From positions 40,655 to 104,654 of the forward strand of contig DASCOT010000236.1 of assembly GCA_036012155.1 (NCBI GenBank): a DNA stretch of 64,000 nt, in the 5' to 3' direction. The position numbers were made by a program, and so were the translations under genes. The notes under the pieces are model-generated. The model was given only the letters and a program-made list of their open reading frames with translations, made no database searches and had not been told where the DNA came from. Origin of the DNA: Acidobacteriota bacterium (lineage in GTDB: Bacteria; Acidobacteriota; UBA890; WLXD01). Below, piece after piece: positions 19,885 through 29,011 of the stretch; position 1 is the stretch's first letter, and the number at the start of each line of letters is the position of its first letter.

Positions 19885-20553
19885 TTGGACCTGCAGGTCG
19901 CACACGTCGCAAAGGAGTTCGAGATCGCTGGCACGGCCGTGCCAGTGCTCGAAGACGTGTCGTTCGACGTCGCGGCCGGGAGCTCGATCGCGATCATGGG
20001 CCCGTCCGGCTCGGGCAAGAGCACGGTGCTGCACATCATCGGCACGCTCGAGCCACCGACTGACGGCGATGTGAGGATCGGCAGCCACGACCCGTTTGCG
20101 CTGAGCGAGCCGGCGATGGCGCGCTTCCGCAACGAATCAATCGGCTTCGTGTTTCAAGATCATCACCTGCTACCACAGTACAGCGTGCTCGAGAACACGC
20201 TGATCCCGACGCTGGCGTTCTCCGGCAAGCCCGCAGGCGAGGAGCGCGCTCGGCAACTGCTGGAGCGCGTCGGGCTGGCGCACCGGCTCGATCATCGACC
20301 GGCGCAGCTGTCGGGTGGGGAGCGTCAGCGGGTAGCGATTGCCCGAGCGCTGATCAACCGACCAGCGCTGCTGCTATGCGATGAGCCCACCGGAAATCTC
20401 GATCATCGAACCGCCGACGCGGCAGCGGAATTGTTGCTCGAACTGCACGAGCAGGAATCCAACGTTCTGGTAGTGGTCACCCATAGCGCGGAGCTGGCGC
20501 AACGCTTCGGACGCCGGCTGGAGTTGCGGGAAGGTCGATGCTACGAGGCCTGA
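19885..20553 (+). CDS. ABC transporter ATP-binding protein (LolD/MacB-type)
   Basis: Walker A GPSGSGKST, signature LSGGERQRVAIARAL, Walker B LLLCDEPTGNLD; probable TTG start at 19885. Confidence 0.85.
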   Translation: MDLQVAHVAKEFEIAGTAVPVLEDVSFDVAAGSSIAIMGPSGSGKSTVLHIIGTLEPPTDGDVRIGSHDPFALSEPAMARFRNESIGFVFQDHHLLPQYSVLENTLIPTLAFSGKPAGEERARQLLERVGLAHRLDHRPAQLSGGERQRVAIARALINRPALLLCDEPTGNLDHRTADAAAELLLELHEQESNVLVVVTHSAELAQRFGRRLELREGRCYEA

Positions 20554-23500
20554 TCCACCATTGGCGCGTCAACGTTGCTGTGGCGCTGGCCGTAGCGGTA
20601 TGCACCGCAGTGCTGACCGGAGCTCTGCTGGTGGGCGATTCGGTTCGCGCCAGCCTCCGTGACCTCACCCTTGACCGGCTGGGGCACATCGACACGTCGC
20701 TGGTCGCGGAGCGTTTCTTCCGCGCCGAGATCGTCGACGAGCTCGTGGCGCTCCCTGCGTTCACCACTGAGTTCGAACGCGTGGCGGGCGCCATTCTGCT
20801 CCGCGGCAACGCCGTCCATGCCGACAGCCGCGCCCGAGCGTCGCAGATCAATGTGTTTGGCATCGACGACACCTTCATCGATTTGTTCGACGAACCGACG
20901 ACCTCGGCGGTCTTCCATAGCCAGGCAGGCTCGGGCCGGCCGGTGATGAGCTTCTCTCGCACCGGCGGGCAGCTGTTCCCGTCCATCGTCATCAACACAT
21001 CGCTGCAGCGCGAACTCGGCGCCGAGGTTGGCGACCAGCTGCTGGTGCGCTTCCGGCTCGGCAGCGAGGTGCCTCGCGACACGCTGTTGGGTAGCCGTGA
21101 GGCGGAGGACATCGTCGGCACGATACGTACGAGTCTCGTCGAGATCGTTCCCGATCGCGGAATCGGCCGCTTCGACCTCAATCCACATCAGGCCTCGCCG
21201 CTGAGCGCCTTCTTGTCACTCGGCGACCTGCAGCGTGCCGTCGAGCAGCAGGGACACATCAACTCCCTGTTGCTGGATCGCCGCGACGACAGCGGTACCG
21301 ACCCCCTGCCGCTGCTGGCCACCGCACTGAGCCTCGCCGACTTCGGCATCGAGCTACGCTCGATCGAGGGTCCCGCGAATGCCGAGCTCATCGAGATCGA
21401 GAGCCAGGAGTTCGTCCTTCGACCAGCGCTCGTCGAGACCATCGAGGCCACGGCGCGCGATCTCCAGGCGCCGGTACAGCGCCTGCAGGCTTATATGTCG
21501 AACGGCTTGCATCTCGACGGTCGCCAAGTTCCCTACTCGATGGTACTGGCCGCAGACGTCGTCGGTGGTGCGGACGGCTCCATGCCGTTCGGACGCCTGG
21601 AGCTGCTCGACGGAACGACGGCGCCTAGGTTGGCCGCAGACGAGATTCTGCTCAACGAGTGGACCGCGACCGAGCTCGACGCATCGGCGGGCGATGAGCT
21701 TCGCATGAGCTACTACGTCGTCGGAATCGATGAGCAGCTGCACACCGAGGAGGCCCTCTTCCGGGTGGCCGGAACCGTTGCGATGCGCGGGCTCGCGGTC
21801 GACGCCGATCTCACTCCGGACTATCCGGGCATCGAGGGTGTCGACAACATCGCCGACTGGGAGCCGCCCTTCCCGGTCGACTTGAACTCCATCCGAGACG
21901 TCGACGAAGAGTACTGGGATGCCTACCGAGGCACTCCGAAGTCCTTCGTCGCTGCGGATACTGGCCGCCGCTTGTGGAGCACGCGCTATGGCGCCACCAC
22001 TTCGGTTCGGGTGGCGGGGCCCGTGAATTCCGACGTGACGACCTTCACCTCTGAGCTGGGCTCGATGCTCCTGGAGCAACTCGATCCAAGCGACTATGGG
22101 TTCCGGTTTGTCGACATCAAGAGCCAGGGCCTCGATGCGGCGGCCGGGGCAACCGATTTCGGTCAGCTGTTCGTCGCATTCAGCTTCTTCCTCATCGTGT
22201 CGGCATTGATGATCGTCAGCCTGCTGTTCAGCCTCGGCATCGAGCAGCGCGGCCGGGAGATCGGGCTGCTTCTGGCGGTTGGTTACCCGCCCGCGCAGGT
22301 ACGCGGCGGGTTCCTCGCCGAGGGGGCACTGGTGGCGGCGGTGGGCGGCGCTGTCGGACTGGTGGCCGCGGTGGTGTATGGAAACCTGATGCTCTGGGGC
22401 TTGCGCACAATCTGGCTAGCTGCCGTCGGCTCGCCGTTGCTGTACCTGCACGTGTTGCCGGCCACTCTGGCGATCGGCCTCGCTATCTCGGCCATTGCAG
22501 CAGTCGGGTCGATTTGGATGACGGTGCGGCGCCTGCGGCGCATGCCGCCAACTCGACTGCTGGCGGGGCTGACTCGGATGCCCGACGCGGCCCGAGAGCA
22601 ACCGCGCCGCCGTTGGTTGGCGCCGACCTGCTTCGCTGCCGCCATCGCCCTACTCGCCTACGCGCTCGCCAGCGACCAGGCGTCCAATCCGGGGATCGCA
22701 TTCGGGATCGGCGCGCTGCTGCTCACCGCGGGACTGGCGGCGTTCGCGACCTGGTGTCGGCGGGCGCGAGGGCGCCTGCGCAGCCCCCGCTTCGCGGCGG
22801 TCAACATGGCTGTTCGAAGCAGCTCATGGAGCCCGAGCCGAAGCATCCTGAGCGTGGCGCTCGTCGCATCGGCATGCTTCGTCATCGTCACCGTGGCCGG
22901 CAACACGCGCGACCCCTCCCGCGAGACACACGTCATCGAGGAAGGCGCCGGCGGTTACGAGCTCATGGCGATTGCCGACGTACCGTTGCACCAGAATCTC
23001 AACGATGCCAGCGGGCGATTCGACCTGGGCTTCGACGCCACCGCCGAGACGCAACTGGAAGATGTGGGAATCTCCCAGCTTCGGCTCGTTCCTGGAGACG
23101 ACGCCAGCTGCCTGAACCTCTATCAGCCGCGTCGACCACGGCTGCTCGGCGTCACGGACGCGCTCATCGACCGCGGTGGCTTCCGCTTCGCAGCCACCAG
23201 CAGCACGCTGACGGTGAATGCCAACCCCTGGGAGCTACTGCGCACCGACCTGGGCCCGGGAGTCGTTCCGGCGATCGGTGATGCCAACTCGATGCAGTGG
23301 ATTCTCAAGTTACCCGTCGACAGCGAGCTGACCATCGAGGACGAGCGTGGCGAGCCACTCACGCTACGACTGGTGGGGACCGTTCAAGAGAGCATCTTTC
23401 AGAGTGAGCTGCTGATCTCGGAGGCCAACCTGCTGCGTTACTTCCCCAGCCGAAGTGGCTTTTCGTATTTCCTCATCGACGCGCCCGAGGGGAGCGACCT

Positions 23501-23981
23501 CGAGGTTGCAGCGGCGCTCGAGGACCGGCTCGAACGGTTTGGTTTCGACGTCACGCGCACGGCAGATCGGATCGCCGGGTTCCTCGTAGTGCAGAACACA
23601 TACCTATCGACCTTTCAGGCACTGGGCGGGTTGGGGCTACTTCTCGGTACCATCGGGCTCGGCCTCGTTCTGGTACGCAACGTGATCGAGCGGCGCGGCG
23701 AGCTCGCCACGCTGCGCGCCTTCGGGTTCCGGCGCTCGTTTCTGTCGCGAATGGTGCTCGCCGAGAGCGCCTTCCTGCTCGCCGTTGGCACGATGATCGG
23801 TAGCGTATCGGCGCTGCTGGCAATCGCTCCGCGGTTTGCGCTGGCTGCAGCCGAGCTGCCGTGGAATACGCTGTTGCCGACGCTTGGCGCGGTGCTGGTG
23901 GTCGGCATGACGGCAAGCCTGGTCGCGGTGATCGGTACCTTGCGTGTCCCGCTCTTGCCAGCGCTCAAGGCCGAGCGCTAG
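20538..23981 (+). CDS. ABC transporter permease, FtsX/MacB-like, unusually large (1147 aa) with extended extracytoplasmic domains
   Basis: N-terminal TM then MacB-like periplasmic domain, FtsX four-helix bundles mid-protein and at C-terminus; overlaps ATPase gene. Confidence 0.8.
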   Translation: MLRGLIHHWRVNVAVALAVAVCTAVLTGALLVGDSVRASLRDLTLDRLGHIDTSLVAERFFRAEIVDELVALPAFTTEFERVAGAILLRGNAVHADSRARASQINVFGIDDTFIDLFDEPTTSAVFHSQAGSGRPVMSFSRTGGQLFPSIVINTSLQRELGAEVGDQLLVRFRLGSEVPRDTLLGSREAEDIVGTIRTSLVEIVPDRGIGRFDLNPHQASPLSAFLSLGDLQRAVEQQGHINSLLLDRRDDSGTDPLPLLATALSLADFGIELRSIEGPANAELIEIESQEFVLRPALVETIEATARDLQAPVQRLQAYMSNGLHLDGRQVPYSMVLAADVVGGADGSMPFGRLELLDGTTAPRLAADEILLNEWTATELDASAGDELRMSYYVVGIDEQLHTEEALFRVAGTVAMRGLAVDADLTPDYPGIEGVDNIADWEPPFPVDLNSIRDVDEEYWDAYRGTPKSFVAADTGRRLWSTRYGATTSVRVAGPVNSDVTTFTSELGSMLLEQLDPSDYGFRFVDIKSQGLDAAAGATDFGQLFVAFSFFLIVSALMIVSLLFSLGIEQRGREIGLLLAVGYPPAQVRGGFLAEGALVAAVGGAVGLVAAVVYGNLMLWGLRTIWLAAVGSPLLYLHVLPATLAIGLAISAIAAVGSIWMTVRRLRRMPPTRLLAGLTRMPDAAREQPRRRWLAPTCFAAAIALLAYALASDQASNPGIAFGIGALLLTAGLAAFATWCRRARGRLRSPRFAAVNMAVRSSSWSPSRSILSVALVASACFVIVTVAGNTRDPSRETHVIEEGAGGYELMAIADVPLHQNLNDASGRFDLGFDATAETQLEDVGISQLRLVPGDDASCLNLYQPRRPRLLGVTDALIDRGGFRFAATSSTLTVNANPWELLRTDLGPGVVPAIGDANSMQWILKLPVDSELTIEDERGEPLTLRLVGTVQESIFQSELLISEANLLRYFPSRSGFSYFLIDAPEGSDLEVAAALEDRLERFGFDVTRTADRIAGFLVVQNTYLSTFQALGGLGLLLGTIGLGLVLVRNVIERRGELATLRAFGFRRSFLSRMVLAESAFLLAVGTMIGSVSALLAIAPRFALAAAELPWNTLLPTLGAVLVVGMTASLVAVIGTLRVPLLPALKAER

Positions 23982-24015
23982 TGGCCGGTAGCACAGTCGG
24001 CAGCAGTGGCGGCCG

Positions 24016-24345
24016 GTGAACGAGGGCGAGCAGAGTGCCTGGCACGAGGTATGGGAGATCGTGCGCCAGATCCCCGCCGGACGGGTGATGAACTACGGGC
24101 AAGTAGCGGTGCTTCACTCCCGGCCGCTGACCGCGCGTGCCGTCGGCTGGGCCATGCACGATTGTCCGGACGATGTGCCGTGGCACCGCGTGGTGAACGT
24201 ACGCGGAGAATGCTCGGCGGATCGCGTAACGGGAGCGACAGGTGGACTCCAGCGGCGTCGGCTCGAGGCAGAGAGTGTGTGCTTCGGGAGCGACGGGCGG
24301 GTAGACATGGCCCGCTACCGGTGGCTACCGGACGAGGAGATCTAG
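24016..24345 (+). CDS. Alkyltransferase-like (ATL) protein, MGMT DNA-binding domain lacking the active-site cysteine
   Basis: 109 aa; Ogt C-domain fold with PWHRVVN in place of PCHRV (Cys to Trp), as in recalled ATL proteins. Confidence 0.7.
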   Translation: MNEGEQSAWHEVWEIVRQIPAGRVMNYGQVAVLHSRPLTARAVGWAMHDCPDDVPWHRVVNVRGECSADRVTGATGGLQRRRLEAESVCFGSDGRVDMARYRWLPDEEI

Positions 24346-24381
24346 GTCGCCAGGCGCCTAGCCAGGCGGAAGGGACAGGCG

Positions 24382-25800
24382 CTACGGGCCCGAGCTGCCG
24401 GCCGCAGACAGCGCCGTGTCGAACGTACGAACCAAGGCATCGATGTCGTCGGGACCGGTGCGATAGTTGCAGACGCAAGCTCGAACAACCTCCGACCCCG
24501 AGGGTAGGCGAATCGTCGAGGCCCAGGCTTGTCCAGAAGCAATCACCCGCGCTACCAGCTCGGAAGCCGTGGCGCCGCCGGATTCGATCCGCGGATGGCT
24601 GAAGCAGACAAGCGGTAGTGGCGTGCGATTGCACAACAGCCACCCTGATTCCCGCAGTCGTTCTCGCAGGCGATCACCCATGGCAGCCTGATGCTCGACG
24701 CGCTCGGCGTAGCCTGGCAGCCCGACCTCGGCCAGAGCCATGAACACCTTGAGCCCGATGAACCGACGACTCCACTGCCACGACACCGTATACGGGTCGT
24801 CGGCTCCCGCAGGGCTGGGCGGCACATACGTCGCCTGAACGTCGAATGCGGCGCGCACCGCTTCGGGCCGGCGACTGAAGAACATACCCGCGGCCATCGG
24901 CACCGACAGCCATTTGTGGGCGTCCCAGGTCATCGAATCGGCCCGTTCGATGCCGACAAGCGCCGGGCGCAGGCGCTCCGACAACAGCGCGCCTCCTCCC
25001 CAGGCGGCGTCGGCGTGCATCCAAACATGCTGCTCACGCGCCACCTCGAGGATCGATTCCAGCGGATCGATGACCCCCGTCGAGGTGGTGCCGGCGGTCG
25101 CGACCACCAGAAACGGTTGCTCGCCCCGTGCTCGGTCGCGCCGCAGCTGGTCACGCAACGCCGCGACGTCCATCCGGAAATCATCGTCTACCGGTACCCG
25201 GCGCACCGCCCTCCGACCCAGCCCGGAGGCCACGGCGATCTTCACGAAGGTGTCGTGCGCCTGCCCGGAGAGATAGAGCGTGGGTTGCGCCGGCAGCGCT
25301 CGCAGCCCCGTCTCCGGAAGGTCCGGGAACGCCGCAACCAACGCCGCCAGCGTGGCGGTGCCGTTGGCCTCGGCGCCGCCGCTGGTGAAGTGGGCCATGC
25401 CGCCGTCCAGGTCCAGACCGACCAGGCCGCCCAGCGCGCCGAGCACCAGACGTTCCATCTCCTGCGCCGCCGGCGAGTGCTCCCAGGCAGCAAGCTGTGG
25501 ATTGAACATCGCCACCAACGCGTCGGCGACCACCGTGATCGGGGGCACGGCGGGATTGAACAGCCCGAAGTAGCGTGGGTGGGTTACCTGCACGGTGTCC
25601 GCGGCCAGCCGCTCGACGATCCGTTCGACGAGCTCGTCCGGCGAGCTCGGCCTCGAGAGGTCGAAGAGACCGCTGATCCGTGCGCGCACCTCGGCGACAG
25701 TTTGCGGCTCGGAAACCGGCCCGGCGGCAATCTGCTCGCCCATTGCCGATACCACCTGACGCAAGCGTAGGAGCGTCGCCAGCACCTCGCTGTCAGGCAT
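24382..25800 (-). CDS. PLP-dependent decarboxylase (fold-type I, group II amino-acid decarboxylase family)
   Basis: SMTWDAHKWLSVP lysine motif, HVWMHADAAWGGG, 472 aa. Confidence 0.85.
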   Translation of the reverse strand: MPDSEVLATLLRLRQVVSAMGEQIAAGPVSEPQTVAEVRARISGLFDLSRPSSPDELVERIVERLAADTVQVTHPRYFGLFNPAVPPITVVADALVAMFNPQLAAWEHSPAAQEMERLVLGALGGLVGLDLDGGMAHFTSGGAEANGTATLAALVAAFPDLPETGLRALPAQPTLYLSGQAHDTFVKIAVASGLGRRAVRRVPVDDDFRMDVAALRDQLRRDRARGEQPFLVVATAGTTSTGVIDPLESILEVAREQHVWMHADAAWGGGALLSERLRPALVGIERADSMTWDAHKWLSVPMAAGMFFSRRPEAVRAAFDVQATYVPPSPAGADDPYTVSWQWSRRFIGLKVFMALAEVGLPGYAERVEHQAAMGDRLRERLRESGWLLCNRTPLPLVCFSHPRIESGGATASELVARVIASGQAWASTIRLPSGSEVVRACVCNYRTGPDDIDALVRTFDTALSAAGSSGP

Positions 25801-26635
25801 GCACAGCAGCCCTCAGGTGCGCCGCCTCCCATGCGAGCATCGCGACCTTGCGCACCGGATCCCAGCGATAGTCACCAAAGTCACCACTGGCGCGCAGCAC
25901 ACGATGACAGGGAATCAGACGCGCAATTCGGTTGTTGCCGACAGCGCTGGCCACGGCGCGATGCGCACCGGGCCTACCGATCGCTGTTGCCACGTCGCCG
26001 TACGAAACGGCGGATCCTTGCGGTATCTCCAGCAGCGCCCGCCATACCTGAATCTGGAAATTGGTGCCGCGCAGCAGCAATCGAAGCGGCGCGTCGTGGC
26101 GATCGAAAGCAAACGCCAGGTGCGCCGCCATCGCCGTGCCGGCATCGTCTCGTAGCAACGCCGCCGCGTACCAGTCGGCGGCAAGATCGTCCACCGCCGC
26201 ATCGCTTCCCCGGTCGTCGATGAACGCCAGCGCCGCAATCCCACGATCGCTCGCGGCGATCAGGAACTCGCCGAAGGTGGAGTCGTGCAATCCATATCGC
26301 AGTTCCAAACCGGCACCGCCCGACTTGTACTCACCGGGAGTCACCGCCTCGGCACTAACGAACAGGTCGTGGAGTCTGGACGGCCCCGAAAGTCCGGTCT
26401 CGAACGATGCCTCGAGCACCGAGGCCGATTCACGCAACACCCTCTTGGCGTGCTGCACCGTGACGAACTGCAGAAACCGCTTCGGTGACACACCGGCCCA
26501 GCGCCGGAACAGGCGCTGAAAATGGAACTTGCTCAACCCGACGTGGCCTGCCACGTCGTCTAGCTGCGGCTGATCATAGGCATGAAACCGCAGGTATCGG
26601 ATGGCCTCCTGGATGCGACGATAGTCTGCGCTCAT
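25793..26635 (-). CDS. AraC-family HTH fused to methylated-DNA-protein-cysteine methyltransferase (Ada-like regulator)
   Basis: N-terminal AraC HTH (DVAGHVGLSKFHFQRLFRRWAGVSP), C-terminal MGMT domain with IPCHRVL active site; start at MSADYRRIQ. Confidence 0.8.
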   Translation of the reverse strand: MSADYRRIQEAIRYLRFHAYDQPQLDDVAGHVGLSKFHFQRLFRRWAGVSPKRFLQFVTVQHAKRVLRESASVLEASFETGLSGPSRLHDLFVSAEAVTPGEYKSGGAGLELRYGLHDSTFGEFLIAASDRGIAALAFIDDRGSDAAVDDLAADWYAAALLRDDAGTAMAAHLAFAFDRHDAPLRLLLRGTNFQIQVWRALLEIPQGSAVSYGDVATAIGRPGAHRAVASAVGNNRIARLIPCHRVLRASGDFGDYRWDPVRKVAMLAWEAAHLRAAVHA

Positions 26636-26848
26636 CGGGTTCCTCTCGGATCTTGTTGTCAGCGAGAAGCCTACGCTACGACCGACCTGAACAGGTCGCG
26701 ACCCGATAGTTGCGCTTGTCGAAAGTTCATCGAAACACGAAATGCTGAAACTTCTTGCGCCATTTTGGCGAATAAATAGGTGACGGGGGCAACCGAACCC
26801 GGTGGTCGCGCGTCTAACAAAGGGAAGAAGGCAAACGGCAACTACGAA

Positions 26849-26891
26849 GCCCGGGTCGTCGGGCCGGAGCACGGGGGGCTCGACGACCCGG
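26849..26891 (+). other. Perfect 12-bp stem / 19-nt loop hairpin (CCCGGGTCGTCG...CGACGACCCGGG) in leader before small ORF
   Basis: Exact inverted repeat read directly; lies 18 nt upstream of ATG 26910. Confidence 0.6.
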
Positions 26892-26909
26892 GAATTGAAA
26901 GGCAAGCAG

Positions 26910-27056
26910 ATGCTGAACCAAATCTTCCCGCTGTCGCTCGCCGCACTGGCGCTCTGGTCGGGCTGGACAGTCATCCGAACGGCGGTCGAGTTGCGTCGCG
27001 AGCTCGCTGTCGCGGTCGTTCGTCGCTCGCCCCGGGGCGCCAGCAGATCCCGCTAG
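26910..27056 (+). CDS. Small putative membrane protein (48 aa)
   Basis: GAAAGG RBS-like then ATG; hydrophobic segment IFPLSLAALALWSGWTVI; no homology recognised. Confidence 0.25.
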   Translation: MLNQIFPLSLAALALWSGWTVIRTAVELRRELAVAVVRRSPRGASRSR

Positions 27057-27164
27057 CATCGCCGCTCGTAACGCTGCCCGTCTGCAGCTCGTCGAGCCGA
27101 TCCACCAGCGTCGCCACCGCCACCTTGATGGCGTTGATGGGCTCGCCTGCTAAAGTCTCGCCCC

Positions 27165-27416
27165 ATGGCGCGCTACGAGGTTGAGCTCTGCGACGACACG
27201 GTCATCGAGGCGGACGACGCACGCTTTCTCTGCGACGGCAAGTTTGTGGAGCTCTTACCGCGCAAAGCCGCCTCGATCGACGGTGAGCCGGCCACGGTAG
27301 TGATCAACAGCTCACAGGTGCTCGCAATCGAACACAAGAAGATCGGCTTCAGCGGCGGCTATCGGTTTGGCGGCGACAAGGACTCCTCCTTCGCCAAGAC
27401 CGAAGGATCGATCTGA
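27165..27416 (+). CDS. Hypothetical small protein (83 aa)
   Basis: ORF only; no family recognised. Confidence 0.3.
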   Translation: MARYEVELCDDTVIEADDARFLCDGKFVELLPRKAASIDGEPATVVINSSQVLAIEHKKIGFSGGYRFGGDKDSSFAKTEGSI

Positions 27417-27468
27417 GCCGCGCGCCGCAGATAGTGCGCGACCCAGCCTGCCGGTCAATTGCCACAGA

Positions 27469-28422
27469 TCAGCGCTGGCTGACGAACCGCACCTCGAACA
27501 GTCGTGGCCAGAGCTTGCCGGTCACGAATGTGCGTCCGCTTGCCGCGTCGTAGGCAATACCGTTGAGCACCGCTTCGGGATCGCGAACCAGCGCATCATC
27601 GATAATGCCCGACATGTCGATCCTGCCCAGCACCTCACCCGTGCGCGGAGAGATCCGCAGGATATCGTCGCTATGCCAGACGTTGGCGTAGATTTCTCCG
27701 TCGATGTATTCGAGCTCGTTGATCTGGTCTATCGGGCGCCCTTGGTCACGCACCTCGATCTGGCGCACTGGGGCGACGGTCTCGGGATCGAGGAAATAGA
27801 TCTGCGCGCTCCCGTCGCTCAGGATGAGCTGTACACCGTCGTGGGTCAGGCCCCACCCCTGCGTGAACTGCCGGAACTGCCCCAACACGGTGAGGCTCTC
27901 GAGGTCGTATACGAAACCCGTGCCCGACTGCCATGTGAGCTGGTAGATGCGCTGCCCGAAGATGACGATCCCTTCCCCGAAGAACATCGGGGCCAGATCG
28001 ACCGACTCGACCACCCGGCCGCTCTCCAGCTCGACCTTACGCAGCGACGATTCACCACGCCGGCCGGTACCTTCGTAGAGATAACCGTTGTGAAACACTA
28101 GACCCTGAGTAAACGCTCCCGGATCGTGCGGGTAAGTCCTCACTACCTCATAGGTCTGTCGGCGCGTGCCGCCGGCCGCTTGGGCGCCCGAGGTGGTCTC
28201 TGCATCGACAGGGGCCGCCGGCCGCGCGCTTGCAGCGGGCGCCGACGCATCGACGCCTGCCAACATCGGCTCGTCACCGCTGCCCGCGGCGCTTGAACAG
28301 CCCGCGGCAGCGGCGCTGATCGCGAGGAGCAGGCCGCAGGCGCGCCAGGGGCGACCCTTCCCGAGTGGGCCTATCTCTCCGGTCGAAGATGCCCGGCTCA
28401 CGTCAGTGCGACACAGATTCAT
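27469..28422 (-). CDS. Glutaminyl-peptide cyclotransferase (plant/bacterial beta-propeller type), lipoprotein
   Basis: YEVVRTYPHDPGAFTQGL...YEGTG core of glutamine cyclotransferase; lipobox LLLAISAAAAGC; start likely MNLC. Confidence 0.8.
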   Translation of the reverse strand: MNLCRTDVSRASSTGEIGPLGKGRPWRACGLLLAISAAAAGCSSAAGSGDEPMLAGVDASAPAASARPAAPVDAETTSGAQAAGGTRRQTYEVVRTYPHDPGAFTQGLVFHNGYLYEGTGRRGESSLRKVELESGRVVESVDLAPMFFGEGIVIFGQRIYQLTWQSGTGFVYDLESLTVLGQFRQFTQGWGLTHDGVQLILSDGSAQIYFLDPETVAPVRQIEVRDQGRPIDQINELEYIDGEIYANVWHSDDILRISPRTGEVLGRIDMSGIIDDALVRDPEAVLNGIAYDAASGRTFVTGKLWPRLFEVRFVSQR

Positions 28423-28480
28423 GAAGCCCAGTATGCCGCCTCGATCAACGGCTTGCCTAACCATCCGAGCCGAGTCTCGG

Positions 28481-28846
28481 CTAGGCGACTCGCTCTAGAC
28501 GCGCCCAAAGATGCTCCCTGAGGCCAACGGCACGGGCGCCGAGGCGATCGGCAACCCGGCATAGAGCCCGCGGGGAACGCTCCGTGTACATGGCGCGGAA
28601 CATTCCCTGCGTCAGCAACAAGCACTCGCCAACAAACTGCTCGACGAATCGCTCCTCCCCATCCAGACGGGCGCCCGCGGCTTCGATTTCCACGCTCGCC
28701 TCGTCGAGGACTCTTGCCACGGCCACATAGCAACCGTCGACGTCGAGCTGCGCCGTTGCCGGAATAATCCCCGAGCTTGCATCGCGCTCCAGGCATATGC
28801 GGCACTGCGCGATGCGCCAATGGGCGCCTGAGAACAAGCTCGCCAT
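28481..28846 (-). CDS. Hypothetical protein
   Basis: 121-aa ORF in otherwise empty interval; no family recognised. Confidence 0.2.
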   Translation of the reverse strand: MASLFSGAHWRIAQCRICLERDASSGIIPATAQLDVDGCYVAVARVLDEASVEIEAAGARLDGEERFVEQFVGECLLLTQGMFRAMYTERSPRALCRVADRLGARAVGLREHLWARLERVA

Positions 28847-29011
28847 GGACCAAGTCCGTCACTCGGGCGGGCGGATCATGACCTGATCGCCCGTACGCAG
28901 CAGATGAGACGGGCCGCCCTGCTTGATTTCCGCTGGCGGCAGGCGAGAATTGCGTGAACGCGCATCCGCAGCGTAGGGTGCCTGGCGTCAGCCGACACTC
29001 GGAGGAAACTC

